Source of the DNA: Squalus acanthias
Lineage: Eukaryota
Length of the DNA stretch: 64,000 nucleotides
Direction: 5' to 3'
Assembly (NCBI GenBank): GCA_030390025.1
Contig: CM059433.1
Location: 24,368,001 to 24,432,000 of the forward strand
Shown here piece by piece: positions 1 through 12,785 of the stretch; position 1 is the first letter of the stretch; every line of letters begins with the position of its first letter. The notes under the pieces were generated by a model that saw only the letters and a program-made list of their open reading frames with translations, made no database searches and was not told the DNA's origin. Both the position numbers and the translations under genes were made by a program.

Positions 1-358
1 AACAGCTTAATTCAGTACATTTACACAGTCAATGAACAAAAAGCAATGGAATTTGTGGTAAGAAAATTATATATACAAAGTACATTTCTCCATTTGTATC
101 TACAGCAGAATTTTTGCAACATCCCATGTTAGAGTGTTATTAAAAATACATTGTTAATCTAAAAACAATATATATACACACATGTAGCTTACATGTCACC
201 TGACAACTGCAATGCACAAATCTGCATTGATTTAAACAATCAATAAAATAAAGATTTAATTTACATGGTTGGCCCTGTTCATTAGTTTGTGCACATTCTT
301 GGTCTCTGCACCATGCAAAATCTGTATGATTAACATCAAAGTATACAATTCCATGATA
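1..358 (-). other. gclc: gclc 3' UTR (probably partial)
   Basis: AT-rich sequence directly after the stop codon; true end not determined. Confidence 0.6.
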
Positions 359-567
359 TTAAACAGTGCTGTGCTTGCCATCTGAGTGTTTTGGTTTGCT
401 GACTGGCTCTCCAATTAGTTTTGGACAGTCATGCATCCCCTTTGCAATTTGGTCACATTTCATAATTAGGTCATAGTTGATTTTTTCAGTTACAATACTA
501 TCTTGCTTGTAGTCGGGATGATTAGCAACAAACTTCCTCAACCAACATGCTGCAGTCATCAGCTCTC
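359..567 (-). CDS. gclc: gclc last coding exon 16 (to TAA stop)
   Basis: cag|GA GAG CTG ATG; GELMTAACWLRKFVANHPDYKQDSIVTEKINYDLIMKCDQIAKG...HSTV*. Confidence 0.96.
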
Positions 568-959
568 CTGCAACAAAAAAGGAGTATAATTTTGTTTTCA
601 AATATGTACATTATTCAGTTTATAACTTCAGTGCAAGTATTGATTTTTTACTCTGTGGGCCATTCTGCTGTAAAATAAGTGTTTTGTGATCCATCAAATT
701 TTCTTGCAAATTGTTTAATATGAAAGTGGTCTAAATACGTAGAAGCAGTAAGGCTTTGCATTCCAGTGAATTGTCTCCCTCTGGTTTATGTATTTCAACT
801 ATCTCTTCAGGTTTTCTTTCCCTCCCAATGCCTTGCACCATTCTGCCACACACGAGCTTGCAAGCAGAACCCAAAATTCCTCAGCCATAGAATTTTGCCT
901 TTCTGCCACTTGGTATAATGGAGTATCCTGCTGAATTGACAGACTAGTCTCAATTGTGA

Positions 960-1330
960 TGGGAGAACAACGAAATCCTGGACGCACATATACATCCGCA
1001 CTGAAAGCCAGATGAGGCGGACAGACGCGTTGTCTTGCGTGCCAGGCGCTTGGCAGCCTCAAATCATTCAAACCAACCCATGAGATATGCTTCCATCGTG
1101 GTCTGTCGTTGGCTGTGTCTTCCCAGGTGTTGATGTTAATGTTGCAAGATTTAATGGTGGCGTTTAGTGTACCTTTATAGTGTTTCAGCTGCCCACCTCT
1201 GTTGCGATATGTGGACTGCAGCTCACCATAGAAGACTGCTTTGGGAATGCTATAATCAGGCATGCAAACATGTCCAGATAAATGCAACTGGACCTTTTGA
1301 TCATGGCCTCAATTCCAGGTATGGTACACC
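960..1330 (-). mobile_element. degenerate RTE-clade LINE 3' fragment
   Basis: Translation GHVCMPDYSIPKAVFYGELQ...RGGQLKHYKGTL...WEDTANDRPRW resembles RTE RT C-terminus; boundaries approximate. Confidence 0.75.
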
Positions 1331-1376
1331 AATACAATAACCAAATGTTAAATTAACAATTAAGTTACAACTTTAC

Positions 1377-1497
1377 CTGACGCTCTCTTTCTGATCAGTT
1401 TGAGGTAGTTTAAAATGCTGCACCGTGTATCCACATCTACTTCCATGTTTTCAAGGTAGCTGTTTATGATTGGGATTAAACCTGGAAAAACTCCTTC
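1377..1497 (-). CDS. gclc: gclc coding exon 15 (121 nt)
   Basis: cag|GAA...TCA G|gtaaag; EGVFPGLIPIINSYLENMEVDVDTRCSILNYLKLIRKRAS. Confidence 0.97.
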
Positions 1498-1909
1498 CTG
1501 CAAGACAAATCAGAACTGGAGTTAGAAAATATATAACCAGCAGTCAAACAAAATTTCACTCAAATACAAATTCAACTGTGAAGGAAAGTTACATTCTAAA
1601 GATGCTATATAAAAGCAAGTTTAAAAAAAAATAAATGTTAACACATTTTGGCAAAAGATTTGGTGCGATACTGGAAATGCTTTGTACTGTTGATAATTTA
1701 TACGCAGTCTATATCCATTTGATGAGCAGTTAACTGTCACATTGCAAAACTGTAGGATATTTTACCACTGTCGGCTATTTTTAAACCAAACCAAGAGTAT
1801 GTGACTGTTAAAGAATGGATCAATTTAAACTAGTCTACTTCTGCACTAAAAAAACACGCCAGGAGAAAGTATCACCCATTATCCTTAATAGGTCAGTATG
1901 AGCTAGATA

Positions 1910-4490
1910 GTAGGAACAAAAGTAGGCCTGCTCTGCCATTCAATTCATGACTAATCTGCACTTTAACACCATTTTCCCATTTTTGCTCCATATCCCTTGA
2001 TACTCTTACCTAACAAAAATCTCTGTCTTGAAAATTCCAATTGTCCTACCATCCACTGCCTTCTGGGGGAAGAGAGTTCCAAATTTCTACGACCCTGCGT
2101 GTGGAAAAAGTGCTTCCTGATTTCACTAATGAATGGCCTAGCTCGAATTCTCATTATGTCTCCTTGTTCTTGATTCCCCCCCACCCCCCAGTGGAAATTG
2201 TTTCTCTGTAGCTACCCTATCAAATCCTTTTAACATTTTAAACACCTTGGTTAGATCATCCCTCAATCTCCTATACTCAAGGGAATACAAGCAGAGTTTA
2301 TTCAATCTGTCCTCATAACTTAAGCTTCAAAGTCCCGGTATCATTCTAGTGAATCTGCACTGTATCCCCGCCAAGCCAGTATATCCTTCCAGAGATGCAG
2401 TGCCCAAAATCGAAAGCAGTAGTCCGGATGGTGTCTGACCAAGGCTGAAGCACAACTTCCTCAGATTTGTATTTCAGTCCCCTTGAGATAAAGGCCAATA
2501 TTCCATTAGCCTTTTTGATTGCTTTTTGTACTTGTCTATTGGCTTTTACTGAGTTATGTACTTGGACTGCCAAATCACTCTGCTCCTCCACGGTCCCTAA
2601 TTTCTCACCCATTTAGAAAATACACTCAATTTATCTTTCTTGCCCAAAATGAACTCCATTTCTCATAGTTTTGCCCACTCACTTAATCTATGCAACTTCC
2701 TGCTCCAATCTGCAATACTTACTGTCCCTCCTAACTTAGTGTCATCTGCAAACTTGGCTATTCCTTCATCCAAGTCATTGATAAAGATGGTGAAAAGTTG
2801 AGGCCCCAGAACAAATCCCTGGGGAACACCGTCACAGCCTGTCAGAGTACCTACCCTTTAACCGCACTCTCTTTACCCCCCAACCAATTTCCAATGCAAG
2901 TCGAAAAGCTACCTCCAATTCTGTGCGCTCTCATTTTTGCCAATAATCTCGTGTCGAACCCTACTGAATGTCTTCTGGAAGTCCATATAGATAATTCTGT
3001 AGACACTCCCTTATCTAGCTTAGTAACCTCAGAAAATTCAACTAGATTAGTCAGATATTACTTACCCTTATCAAAGCCATGTTAATTCTCTCTGATCAGC
3101 TCATTTGTTCAAGTGCTCAAGTCACTAACCCTAATTAGAGATTATAATAGCTTCCCCACAATGGACATTAAACAGACAGGCCTCTAGTTACCTGGGTTCC
3201 CACCCTTCTTAAATAATGGAGTGACATTAGCAAATTTCCAATCCAGCGGCACAATTCCCAAATCAAGAGCGCTTCAAAGATCATGACAAATGCTTCTGCA
3301 ATTCCCTCACCTACTTCTTTTAATACCCTGGGGAGGAATCCATCAGGTCCTGGAGATTTATCTATTTTAAGTCCCATTATTTTCTCTATTACCATTTTGT
3401 TACTCAAACTAAATCCAATAAGTTCTGCCTCTCGACTTATTTTCAGTTCCCCTTCTATCACTGGTAATTTATCCTTTTCCTCTACTATGAACAGATAAAA
3501 AATACTTGTTTAATAAATCTGCCATTACCTTGCTGACTATTACAGGATCATCTGCATCTGTCTTTAATGGACCCACATCTCCCTTAGTCACTCTCATTCT
3601 TAATATATTTCTTAAAACTTTTACCGCTAGCTGTTACTATTACTACTTTCTTTTTGTATATCCTTTTTGCAGCTCTTAATATTTTCTGTGTCCATTAGTT
3701 GTTTTCTATTATTTGTCCCAGTCTGCTAGATTATCACTTCTTGGCATTTGTGCAAGCCATTGCCTTTAGTTTTACTCATCCTTTCTCATATGTTGACCAT
3801 GGTTAATTGACTGCACAAGTGAAACTTTTGCCCTTTAAAGGGTATGCATTGGTTTTGCATTGTACCTCCCATTTTTCTGTAGATTTACTTGTTCAGTTTA
3901 CGTCTAATGAAGTCAGCCTTACTTAAATTTAAAATCTTGTGTTCTCAAACTTAATGTCAAGCTCTGGTCAGATTATGGCCACTGTTTACAGGATGCTCCC
4001 TTACTGTCAGATTATTAATTACCTCTGGCTCGTTACTCATTACTAAATCTAGTATAGCCTGTTCCCTTGTCGGTTCTAAAACACTCCAGGAAACTCTTCT
4101 GGATACACTCTAGAAATTCATTGCCTTTACAACTTGAGCTGTTTTGCATCTCCCAGTCTGTGAAAATTAAAATATCCCATTATAACTGCCTTGCCTTTAC
4201 TACATGCTTCTCTGATTTCTGTATTTATGCACCCTGCTACTACTTCACTGCTATCAGGAGGTCTGTAGATAACTCCCACCAGCGTCTTCTAACCTTCGCA
4301 GTTTCTTAATTGTACAGATTGTTTCCACTGTCTGCTCACCCTTACTGATTTTGAACTTTGCCAGTTAGCAATATTGCTATTCTTCCTCCTTTCCCTATCC
4401 TTTCTAAAGACCTTATAGCCTGGAATATTAAGGCCCCATTCATGCTCATCTTTTAGCCACATCTTCAATAGCTACTAAGTCACACCCTTT
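1910..4490 (-). mobile_element. degenerate CR1 LINE (EN/RT to 3' tail)
   Basis: KSPGPDG..PRVLKEV and QKAIKKANGILAFISRGLKYKS motifs, CR1-type 3' tail near 1910; many stops and frameshifts. Confidence 0.9.
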
Positions 4491-5206
4491 GAGCTGAATC
4501 TGTATTTCTAATTCGCTTGTAGGGATATGCAGAATTCACCATCAGAAAAAGGAAATATTCACTGTAGAAACCCTCATTCCCTGAAAGGAGCATGCTCTCA
4601 CTGCATACAAAACATTCAGAATTTAGGTTAATTGTTTCTCAAATGGAGGAGTTGGAATACTGTCTCTCCTACGTAATCACTCTGTTGCTGCACCCTATTT
4701 GTATTCCTATGCAATGTTCAAGAGTTCGTTCAGAGAATGGGAATTATGATCAACAATGCTCCTTTCAAACCAGATCTTATTTATCTGCACACTAAAAAAT
4801 GACTGCAGTAGTTAAAGGAAATTTCCTTCGCCTTGTAAGAAAATCTTAAAGGCAGTCAAGGATTTCAAGTAATGCTCTGCTAAACAGTGGCAACTGTGCC
4901 GACAGAATGCATCAAATGGTAGATTACTAAGTTTTCTTGTTTTGTGACTGTGTTTCAACCTCCACATACAAGCAGTGCAAGTAAGAACCATACTCTGGGC
5001 TGGATCCTCAGTTCTTGCCTAAAAAAGATCATAGAAGATTAGGGGGAAGGGGGAAAATTACCTAATTGCGTCAGTTTACAAAAACATGATAAAACTAAGC
5101 CTGTGTAGTTTGGGTTCTGGGGCACAAAGCCATATTTAAATTACTTTCTCAATGGCACCATTTCTGCAAGTCATAGGTGATTGATACAAGAACCATTTAC
5201 ACCTAC

Positions 5207-5310
5207 CTTCCCATTAATGATTGTGTCTATGCTCATTAATGCATACTCTTCAGTATCCAAATCAATGCCATTTTGTGCACAAGCACAGCCATCAACAACT
5301 GGGTTTCCAG
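5207..5310 (-). CDS. gclc: gclc coding exon 14 (104 nt)
   Basis: tag|CT GGA...AAG|gtaggt; AGNPVVDGCACAQNGIDLDTEEYALMSIDTIINGK. Confidence 0.95.
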
Positions 5311-5581
5311 CTAGAATGACAAAGCATTGATTAAAAAATGATGCAGTAGGTTCATAATTAGCCTCAACTGAAAAATAAATATGGCTTTATAACAGATTTA
5401 CACAGAAGTTAAAATTTTGTTCAAATTTAAGAAAGTAGTGTAGCATACTAGTGAAAGCACTAGGTAAGCACCCACACACAAACAGCTCCTTGTTCAATGT
5501 TTTAGTTTCTCGGTTTACGTACGGTGCTTTTCCTCAGAATCCCGTACATCTTGAGCAAATTGCGTGCAATAGATATATAAT

Positions 5582-6341
5582 GGCTCAAAAATTAAACCTA
5601 ATACGCGAGAGTACGCACTGTGTACTCTCGCGTATAAGATCCCGAATTGCCGGTTTCCTGCATGCACTGCGCATGCGCGGGAAACCGGCACTTCGTGAAT
5701 TGAAAAGGGGGCGGTTCCTAAGTGAACCGCGTGCGCGCTACAGGCTGTGCGCACGCAGTGCACTTAGTTTTTTTTTCAGCTTTGAACGCGCAGGTAAGTG
5801 GTGAAGATTTTACACAAAGAAAGCAGGCGTAGGACCCCCTTTTAACAAGGTAAGTAGTTAATTAAGTGTTATTTTTAATTTTTTTCAACAGGTTTATCTT
5901 TTTTAGAGACTTTAAAGAAAGGTAAGTTTATTTTTATAACTTTTAAAAAGATTTAAATTTTTTCAAAAATTTAATTTTTTGTTTAAAGTGGTTAATTTAT
6001 TTAACTATACTTATTTTATTAATGTGATGGCTTTTAAAAAAAAATTTAATTGAGGTTTAGCTGTTCTTTTGGGGGTTTGTAGTATTCATAGTTTTGACAG
6101 CTCTTGCTGTCAAAACTATGAATGAAAGATGGTGTGCTGCCATTGGCTCTAACTGAATCACGTGATCCCAGAGCTCGCACGAACTAATTGCGCCTCTGGG
6201 ATACGCACACACTGCACGGTTGCAACAAGAGGCTCTGAAACTAAAGTTCGTGTGGGCCCCAAACAAAAAGGTAGGCGCGGAGTGCGATATCGCGGGGAAT
6301 CCTTACCCCCGCGGGAACCATCCATGTTTAATTTCTGGGCC
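5582..6341. mobile_element. non-autonomous DNA transposon (MITE, PIF/Harbinger-like)
   Basis: Inverted ends ataatGGCTCAAAAATTAAAC (5577-5597) and GTTTAATTTCTGGGCCattat (6326-6346), 19/21 match; AAT/ATT flanks; CpG-rich non-coding interior. Confidence 0.75.
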
Positions 6342-6390
6342 ATTATGTCAGTCAGGTAGCTCAGTTAGTGTATCCATTCTACCAAATCTA

Positions 6391-6480
6391 CTGATGAAGG
6401 GTCCCAGACCTGAATCGTTAACTGTTTCTCTCTCCATGGATGCCTGGCCTGCTGAGTATTTCCAGCATTTTCTGTTATTT
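6391..6480 (+). mobile_element. Penelope-like terminal fragment with decayed minimal hammerhead motif
   Basis: CTGATGA-a-gggtc-cca-gacct-GAAT(normally GAAA)-cg-tt, followed by ...cctgctgagtatttccagcattttctg. Confidence 0.6.
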
Positions 6481-6894
6481 TATACTAGTTCGCTTTACTT
6501 ATATAGGCCTGTCACAACTGAGATGTTCTGCTTTCACCCATTCGCATATTATGCATTTCAGATAAAATGACTATGATGGAATTTTATAGGAATCTTCCCC
6601 TTCAGGTGGCATTTATGCACAACATTATCTTCTAATAACTTATTTGTAAAATAAAACAAAGAAATGAGAAACAGACCAGGTTCTTAATAGGCTTGGTGGT
6701 TTGCTGTCTTCTTTTTCCTCATCAGCCAAAAGCTGTATTAAAAAGGAACTAATCTGACTTTTATAGTGTGCAAGAAACTTACTTTTAGATAGTATATTCC
6801 AATATATTAAACCTTCAACAAAATATTTAGGGTGACTTCTGGAAAGTATTTGATTGTTGAATTGAAACCCATTAAGAAGTTTCCTAATTTTTAC

Positions 6895-6976
6895 CTTTGT
6901 AAATGTCTTTCCTAAAGTAGAACATTCCTTGGCGTACAGCATCACGCTTTTGAGCCACAATCAAGTTCTCATCCAC
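6895..6976 (-). CDS. gclc: gclc coding exon 13 (82 nt)
   Basis: tag|GTG...AAA G|gtaaaa; VDENLIVAQKRDAVRQGMFYFRKDIYK. Confidence 0.95.
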
Positions 6977-7462
6977 CTAATCCAGTAAAAATATGCATCC
7001 ATTAGATTTCAACATTTATGTACTACTTAAAGAAAAATGATTTTAAAACAGTTTTCTGATCCTCAACACACCCTAATATCCGTGGTCAATGAGATATAAA
7101 ATATCACGCCACTTTTTAAAACTGTAGGAATCTTGGAACTTTCTATCCTAGCAATGATATCTCCACTACACCATGTTCCACCAATGTATCAATAACTGCA
7201 AGTATGTGCATAAACAAACCTGCAAGATTATGGACACGCCAAAACATGTTATCGTCAGAAAAGCTTACTTGTCAATTTCACAAGGCCAAACTATTAAAGC
7301 TAAACAATCATTTTTTTTATTAAAAAGATACTTTGAAGTAAATTAGCTGGTCCAGGAACCATTGACAGTTTTACTGAATGCTAACACTTTTGGTGGATGT
7401 GTCATGAAAGCTCTGAAGAGAACAGAGCCGCATACAATTTTGGTTCACCAATTCAAAATATT

Positions 7463-8116
7463 GGCCTGGAGTTTCCGCTAGATTCCACTGTTTTTTTTCC
7501 CCAGTACAATTCACCTGAAATCAGCGCAAAAGATCACGTAATTTTAAGCGCAAATTATGTCTAGCACAAATCAAGTTTCCAGGGTAATTTAAAAGACATC
7601 GCACTAGAAGCTGGCCCCGCCCAGAAAGCTGGCCACCGACCGAATAATCACCATTGAGAGGTTCCGCTAAATTGCACCCGTCTGCGGGCCTTTGAGGAGG
7701 CTCTTAAAATTAAGCTTTCTTTTGGGCGCAAGGACACTAACGGACTCATTTTAAAAGCTGTAGATTTTTTTTTTAATTTACTAGGAAACTGACTAGTGTA
7801 CACCAATATAACTAGAAGATGGGTGTGTAGATTTTTAAAGTCATTTTCAGTTATTTAAAATCAGGTTACTCACAGGTGGTGGACGAGATACCAATTAAAA
7901 ATGCTTATTTTTGTGATGAACTAGTTTCAGCTGTATTAATCAAACTGCATCAAGTCACTACTCCTAAATAAAGATTTTTTTTTTAAAGCAGATTTTTTTT
8001 TTTAATTACATTTTAAAAAGCTACCCTGATGTTTGGCGATATGCAAATGAGTTTGAGCAGAAACTGGAGGGAGAAAAACACAACTAGTGCAATTTTGAAA
8101 GCAGAAACTCTACCCC
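7463..8116. mobile_element. MITE, Harbinger-like family B, copy 1
   Basis: Ends GGCCTGGAGTTTCCGCT and AGCAGAAACTCTACCCC (13/17 inverted match), ATT 3-bp target duplication, homologous along its length to 14535-15233. Confidence 0.8.
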
Positions 8117-8429
8117 ATTATCTGCACAAAGGAGTATTACACCCATGTGTGCAGATTAAGCAACACTTATGCATTAGATGGTAGAAGGAGACAACTGCAA
8201 CAAGGATATATCTCATGAATTTGACCCTGGCGGTTTGCAGGAACAGCAAGAAGTTTGTACTGAAGGATTAGAAGTCAAGTTATGTAACTGCAGCAAGCTT
8301 GCATGAGAAAATGTTGGTTATCTTGGCATTTGAACTTATATACTGGAGGCTGTACTCCTAGCATCACTGCCTTGGGACAGGGAGGGAAGGGTTCCATAAG
8401 CAGAGGTGAAACAGCAACCTTTCTCAGCA

Positions 8430-8966
8430 CGAGACCAGTTTTGGTCTTCTTACAGAAGGAAGGATATGCTTTCCTTCGAGGGAGTGCAATGAAGGTTTAC
8501 TAGACTGACTCCTGGGATGAGGGGACTGCCCTATGAGGAGAGATTGAGTAGACTAGGCCTATATTCCCTAGAGTTTAGATGAGGCGATCTCACTGAAACA
8601 AAATTCTTAAAGGGCTTGATAGGATAGATACTGGGAGGATGTTTCCCTGGCTAGGTAGTCCAGAACTAGGGATCACAGGCTCAGAATACAGGGTCGGCTA
8701 TATAGGACTGAGATGAGGAGAAATTTCTTCACTCAGAGGGTTGTGAATCTTTGGAATTCTCTACCCCAGAGGGCTGTGGATGCTCAGTCGCTGAGTATAT
8801 TCAAGACAGAGATTGATAGATTTTTGGATACTAAGGGAATCAAGGGATATGGGGATAGTGCGGGAAGATGGAGTTGAGGTAGAAGATCAGCCATGATCTT
8901 ACTGAACGGCAGAGCAGGCTCAAAGGGCCAAGTGGCCTACTCCTGCTTCTATTTCTTATGTTCTTA
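8430..8966 (+). mobile_element. CR1 LINE 3' fragment
   Basis: RT C-terminal CR1 motifs and tail ...ggcctactcctgcttctatttcttatgttctta. Confidence 0.9.
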
Positions 8967-11832
8967 AATGAGGGGTTCAGCCATAAAGATCAACTCAGGT
9001 TCAATCCCTGAGGATGCAATAGGGATGCTGCTACAATTGACCTCAGTATCCCTAGATTTGGGAGGAGAAAATCAGTCTGGTTGTCCACTGCTAGTCACTA
9101 CATAGCACTCTCTGCAAGTTTGAATGCATGGATGTCAAATGAGCCCTGAAGACAACATTTACCCAACTACTGTCCAACTTTTGTTTGCGTGTATATAAGG
9201 CATCAACCACTTTATTTGAGCACAATGTCAAAGATACAGTCTCCTCACGATAATTCAAATTTGTTTTTTAAAAAACATGAAAATATTCAAATTATCTAAT
9301 AATTCAAATTAATCAAACTGGTGATGTTAAAAGTTTTTTTAAATAAAATGAATGGCCCAGTAATAAACATACTTCAAATTCATGTCACTTTTGATAATAT
9401 CCAACAGGTGACAGTAGCACAGCACTGCAAAACACAGTTCCACATGGGATTATTGCATTGGTGCTGCAATAAATTGATTGCTCACTAATTATGCAGTGTT
9501 TACACATTGACTGAAGCCACCTGACTTGTTCAAAAGTAGACACTAGGAGAGCTGCCCAATAAGGCCAGAGCTATATGCTCTAACAAAAGTTCCAGAAATA
9601 TTTTTTCCTACTGCTTCAATCTCGTGTTCGGCAGAAAACACCACAGGTTTCTCGACAGCAAGATTGAGTGTTGTAGTTGGCATAGTTGCTCTGAACCTAA
9701 ATTAGCGACTATTTAGGTAGCAGATGGTTATGACAGATGTTGCAACAGGTTCCCATTTGCTGTGGTTTTGATGAGCTTCTGTTGGAGATCTGCCAGAATC
9801 CTCTACCAAATAGCACTGCTCTGCTGACACTAAATCAATCAAAACAGTAACGAGAGCAGAGATCAACATCCTTCTGTGCTCCAGCAGTTTATAACAAGTT
9901 GGGCACAACCTATGAAGCCCTTTCAGTTGTGCAATGGATATTACGGTAGGACAATCTCCCCAAAACTTTCCCCTCATTCTAGTGAAAGCTTGAGGGAGTG
10001 AAAGCTTGAGTGTTGAATCCCAAGTGTGGTAGCATCTGACAATTGGGTTGGCTATGAATGCAGAAACAGATAAAAGCTGGAGCTGCAGATCTGTTTAAGG
10101 CCAAAGGCAGAGACAGACTGCAAACGGCTCAAACTGTACAACTATCAGTGGAGCCAGAGGCGTTTGTTTTCTTGGTACGATTGGCATGTTCAAGTTGAAA
10201 ACTTGCCAAAAATGCCCTTTTCTGAGAAAACTCAGATTTAACCAACAGAACATGGAAATTGCATTCCCAGAAATTATAACGGAAATATGATAGAATTTAG
10301 TTAATTTGATCGGAACAAAAGCCCAGAGTCTGCCCAAAGTCCTTCAGCTTCTGAAAAGGTTCCAAAGTTGTTCCATTATCTTTGGGACATGCAGAAAACT
10401 TCTGAATATTTAACGGTACAATTTACCCAAGTCATTCTTGACCATTTGCTTTCCATAATGTGATAGTTTCATGAATCACCAAGATCCTGACAGTATTTGA
10501 TTATCTGTACTTACTCAACGTTCAATTTGGTTCTGAACCAGAAATATATCTAGCAAGGAGTTCAAAACAATTAACCAGCTCTTTTATTTACAAGAAGGTG
10601 CCAGTTAGCTGAAGAAAGTTCCACATATCCAGTACTCTGGAAAAATGTGTTTTTGGTCTCCAGTTTTGAGACTCATTAATTTTGTACTTGTTACCTCTAG
10701 TTCTGCTTTCAGTCCAAATTAAAATAACTTACTTAATACTATCCATGCCGCTCAAGCATCCTAAATACTCGATTCATGTCTCCCCTCAATCTTATCTCCA
10801 AAGAGCAGTTCAGAGAATTATCCACATCACTTTTTTCTGAATCCTCTTCAATACATCAATGCCCTTTTTGAAAGAGGGCAGTCACATTTCAAGGAAAGCA
10901 AAATTTTCTCAATATGCATTTTATAGCCCACGATCAGATGCTTTTGAAGTTAAAAAGGAAGCACAATTACAATGCGTGGTGAGGCAGAACAAGCAGAGTG
11001 CTCAGATTCCAGCCCGATGTAGTTTGCTTGCCTCATATTTACAAGTTCTGAAGTGCCTTCCATCAGTAAGGAACTTCTTGATATAAAATCGGGTGGGAGA
11101 AGAGGGCGGGGCACTGGGGCCGCATTGCCATATTCACCTCTAGTAACCTCCCTCAAAACCAATCAAACATTTCATCTTTCTGGCTGAAGATAAAGCATAA
11201 ATGTATAATGGCCTGCAAAAGGAGAGACAGTGAAAAGGAAACAGGAAGAGCTATGTACAAAACTCTCCAATGGTGACAGTGGATAGCAATACTCTATTAT
11301 AGCCTCACTAATTATATTACAGCTATCAAAACAGCACAGCCTAATTTCTTCCTAGGTGAGTTAAGTAAAAGCAATGCAAGCGTCAGTAAGCTGCAGCAAA
11401 TACTAATGCAGTTTACAAAGATAAATATCAATCTGATTTTGATGAGGTACTTAATTTAAATAAGCTTTGATGTCCAGGCTCATGGTTTTTATCGTGATCA
11501 CAATGTAATAAATGAGCATCTACATATCCCGGTTTCCCCAGAGAAATTGAATCCTCCACAGGAGGAAGACAAGTTACATGCAAGATGCTTAGGTCAATCT
11601 GCATTTGTAACACTGTACAATATTCCATCTCTTAGCTGCTGTAACAAAGCTTTTCTTGTTCTTTTAGAATAACCGTACTTTTCTCCATTTATTAGTCATG
11701 TCATGACATACATCTGGCTGGCTGCAAACTGACAAGTCCTAGCAAATGTCTATTACATTCATAATTACTTTTGTAACCAAATATAGGACTAATATTTTTG
11801 CCAGACCAACATATTGTGGAAAAAGTACTTAC

Positions 11833-11937
11833 TTTTGAGAGTGGAATAAGGAAATCCAATTTATAGGAAAGGATCACTCGGGTTAGCAGTACAACAAAGA
11901 CCACGTATGCAGAATTCTCAAAATCTGTCAACTGGAC
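11833..11937 (-). CDS. gclc: gclc coding exon 12 (105 nt)
   Basis: tag|GTC...AAA|gtaagt; [35 protein letters not shown]. Confidence 0.97.
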
Positions 11938-12499
11938 CTATGAACAAAACGTTTGAAAAAAGAGAGTTTCCTCTACACAATTCCAATTTGAGGGCACTAA
12001 TTCAATGAGACTTAAGAAACAGGCAAATAGCACATAGCTGCATTATTGCATATTAATAATCAATTTACATATGCTGGGGTTACGGTTAGAGAATTTGCCA
12101 ATGTAGATTTGGCTGCTTTCATTCTTTAAAGGAATTCCAGGCTCCACATTAAGTGAAACCTGCAGAATTCATCCAGAGACCAGAACACATGCTTGTATTT
12201 CCAAGGTTCAGTATCTACTACAATGGGGAACAGAGGGAAGCGGATGCTGCTGAAGCTCAGCACTTCCAACTGATGGAATCACTAATGTGGTATGGTGTGT
12301 GCCCATGTTGTAGTGAGAATGGTGGCAATGTACTCACATTTCACGCGGAGTTGCACAGGTCATGATGATGCTTGTGACGAATGCCCAATACCTGCTATCT
12401 GCCATGGGAGGGCTCTAACCTGGGATGGGAAACTAGTTATGGGGAGAGACACTGGGGCTATTGCCACTAGTGCAGAAAAGGCCACGGGTGAGGCAAGAG

Positions 12500-12785
12500 G
12501 TTTTTAAAACTATGAAGGGTTTTGATAGTTTATAAGGAAAGACTATTTCCTCCGTTTGGGGAATCAGCAACAACTGGTCAATTTAAAATGGTCACTCAAG
12601 AGTTAGGATAAGGGTTAGGAGAAATTTTGTTGAGGATTGTTGGAACATGCTGTGGCATTGTATCGCAAGGGAAAGTGGATAAATATTGGAAGCTAAGGAA
12701 GATACAGGGCTATGAAGACAGCAGGACTGAGTTCTGGATTGTTCTAGCAGAGCTGGGTCAGACACAATGGCCAAATATTTTCCTA
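12500..12785 (+). mobile_element. highly degenerate CR1 3' fragment
   Basis: tatgaagggttttgatag...gagaaattttgtt...aatggccaaat pattern. Confidence 0.55.

Noticed and set aside
255..260. ATTAAA (minus strand) as the gclc poly(A) signal
   Set aside because: Variant hexamer in AT-rich sequence with no independent support; the UTR may extend past position 1.
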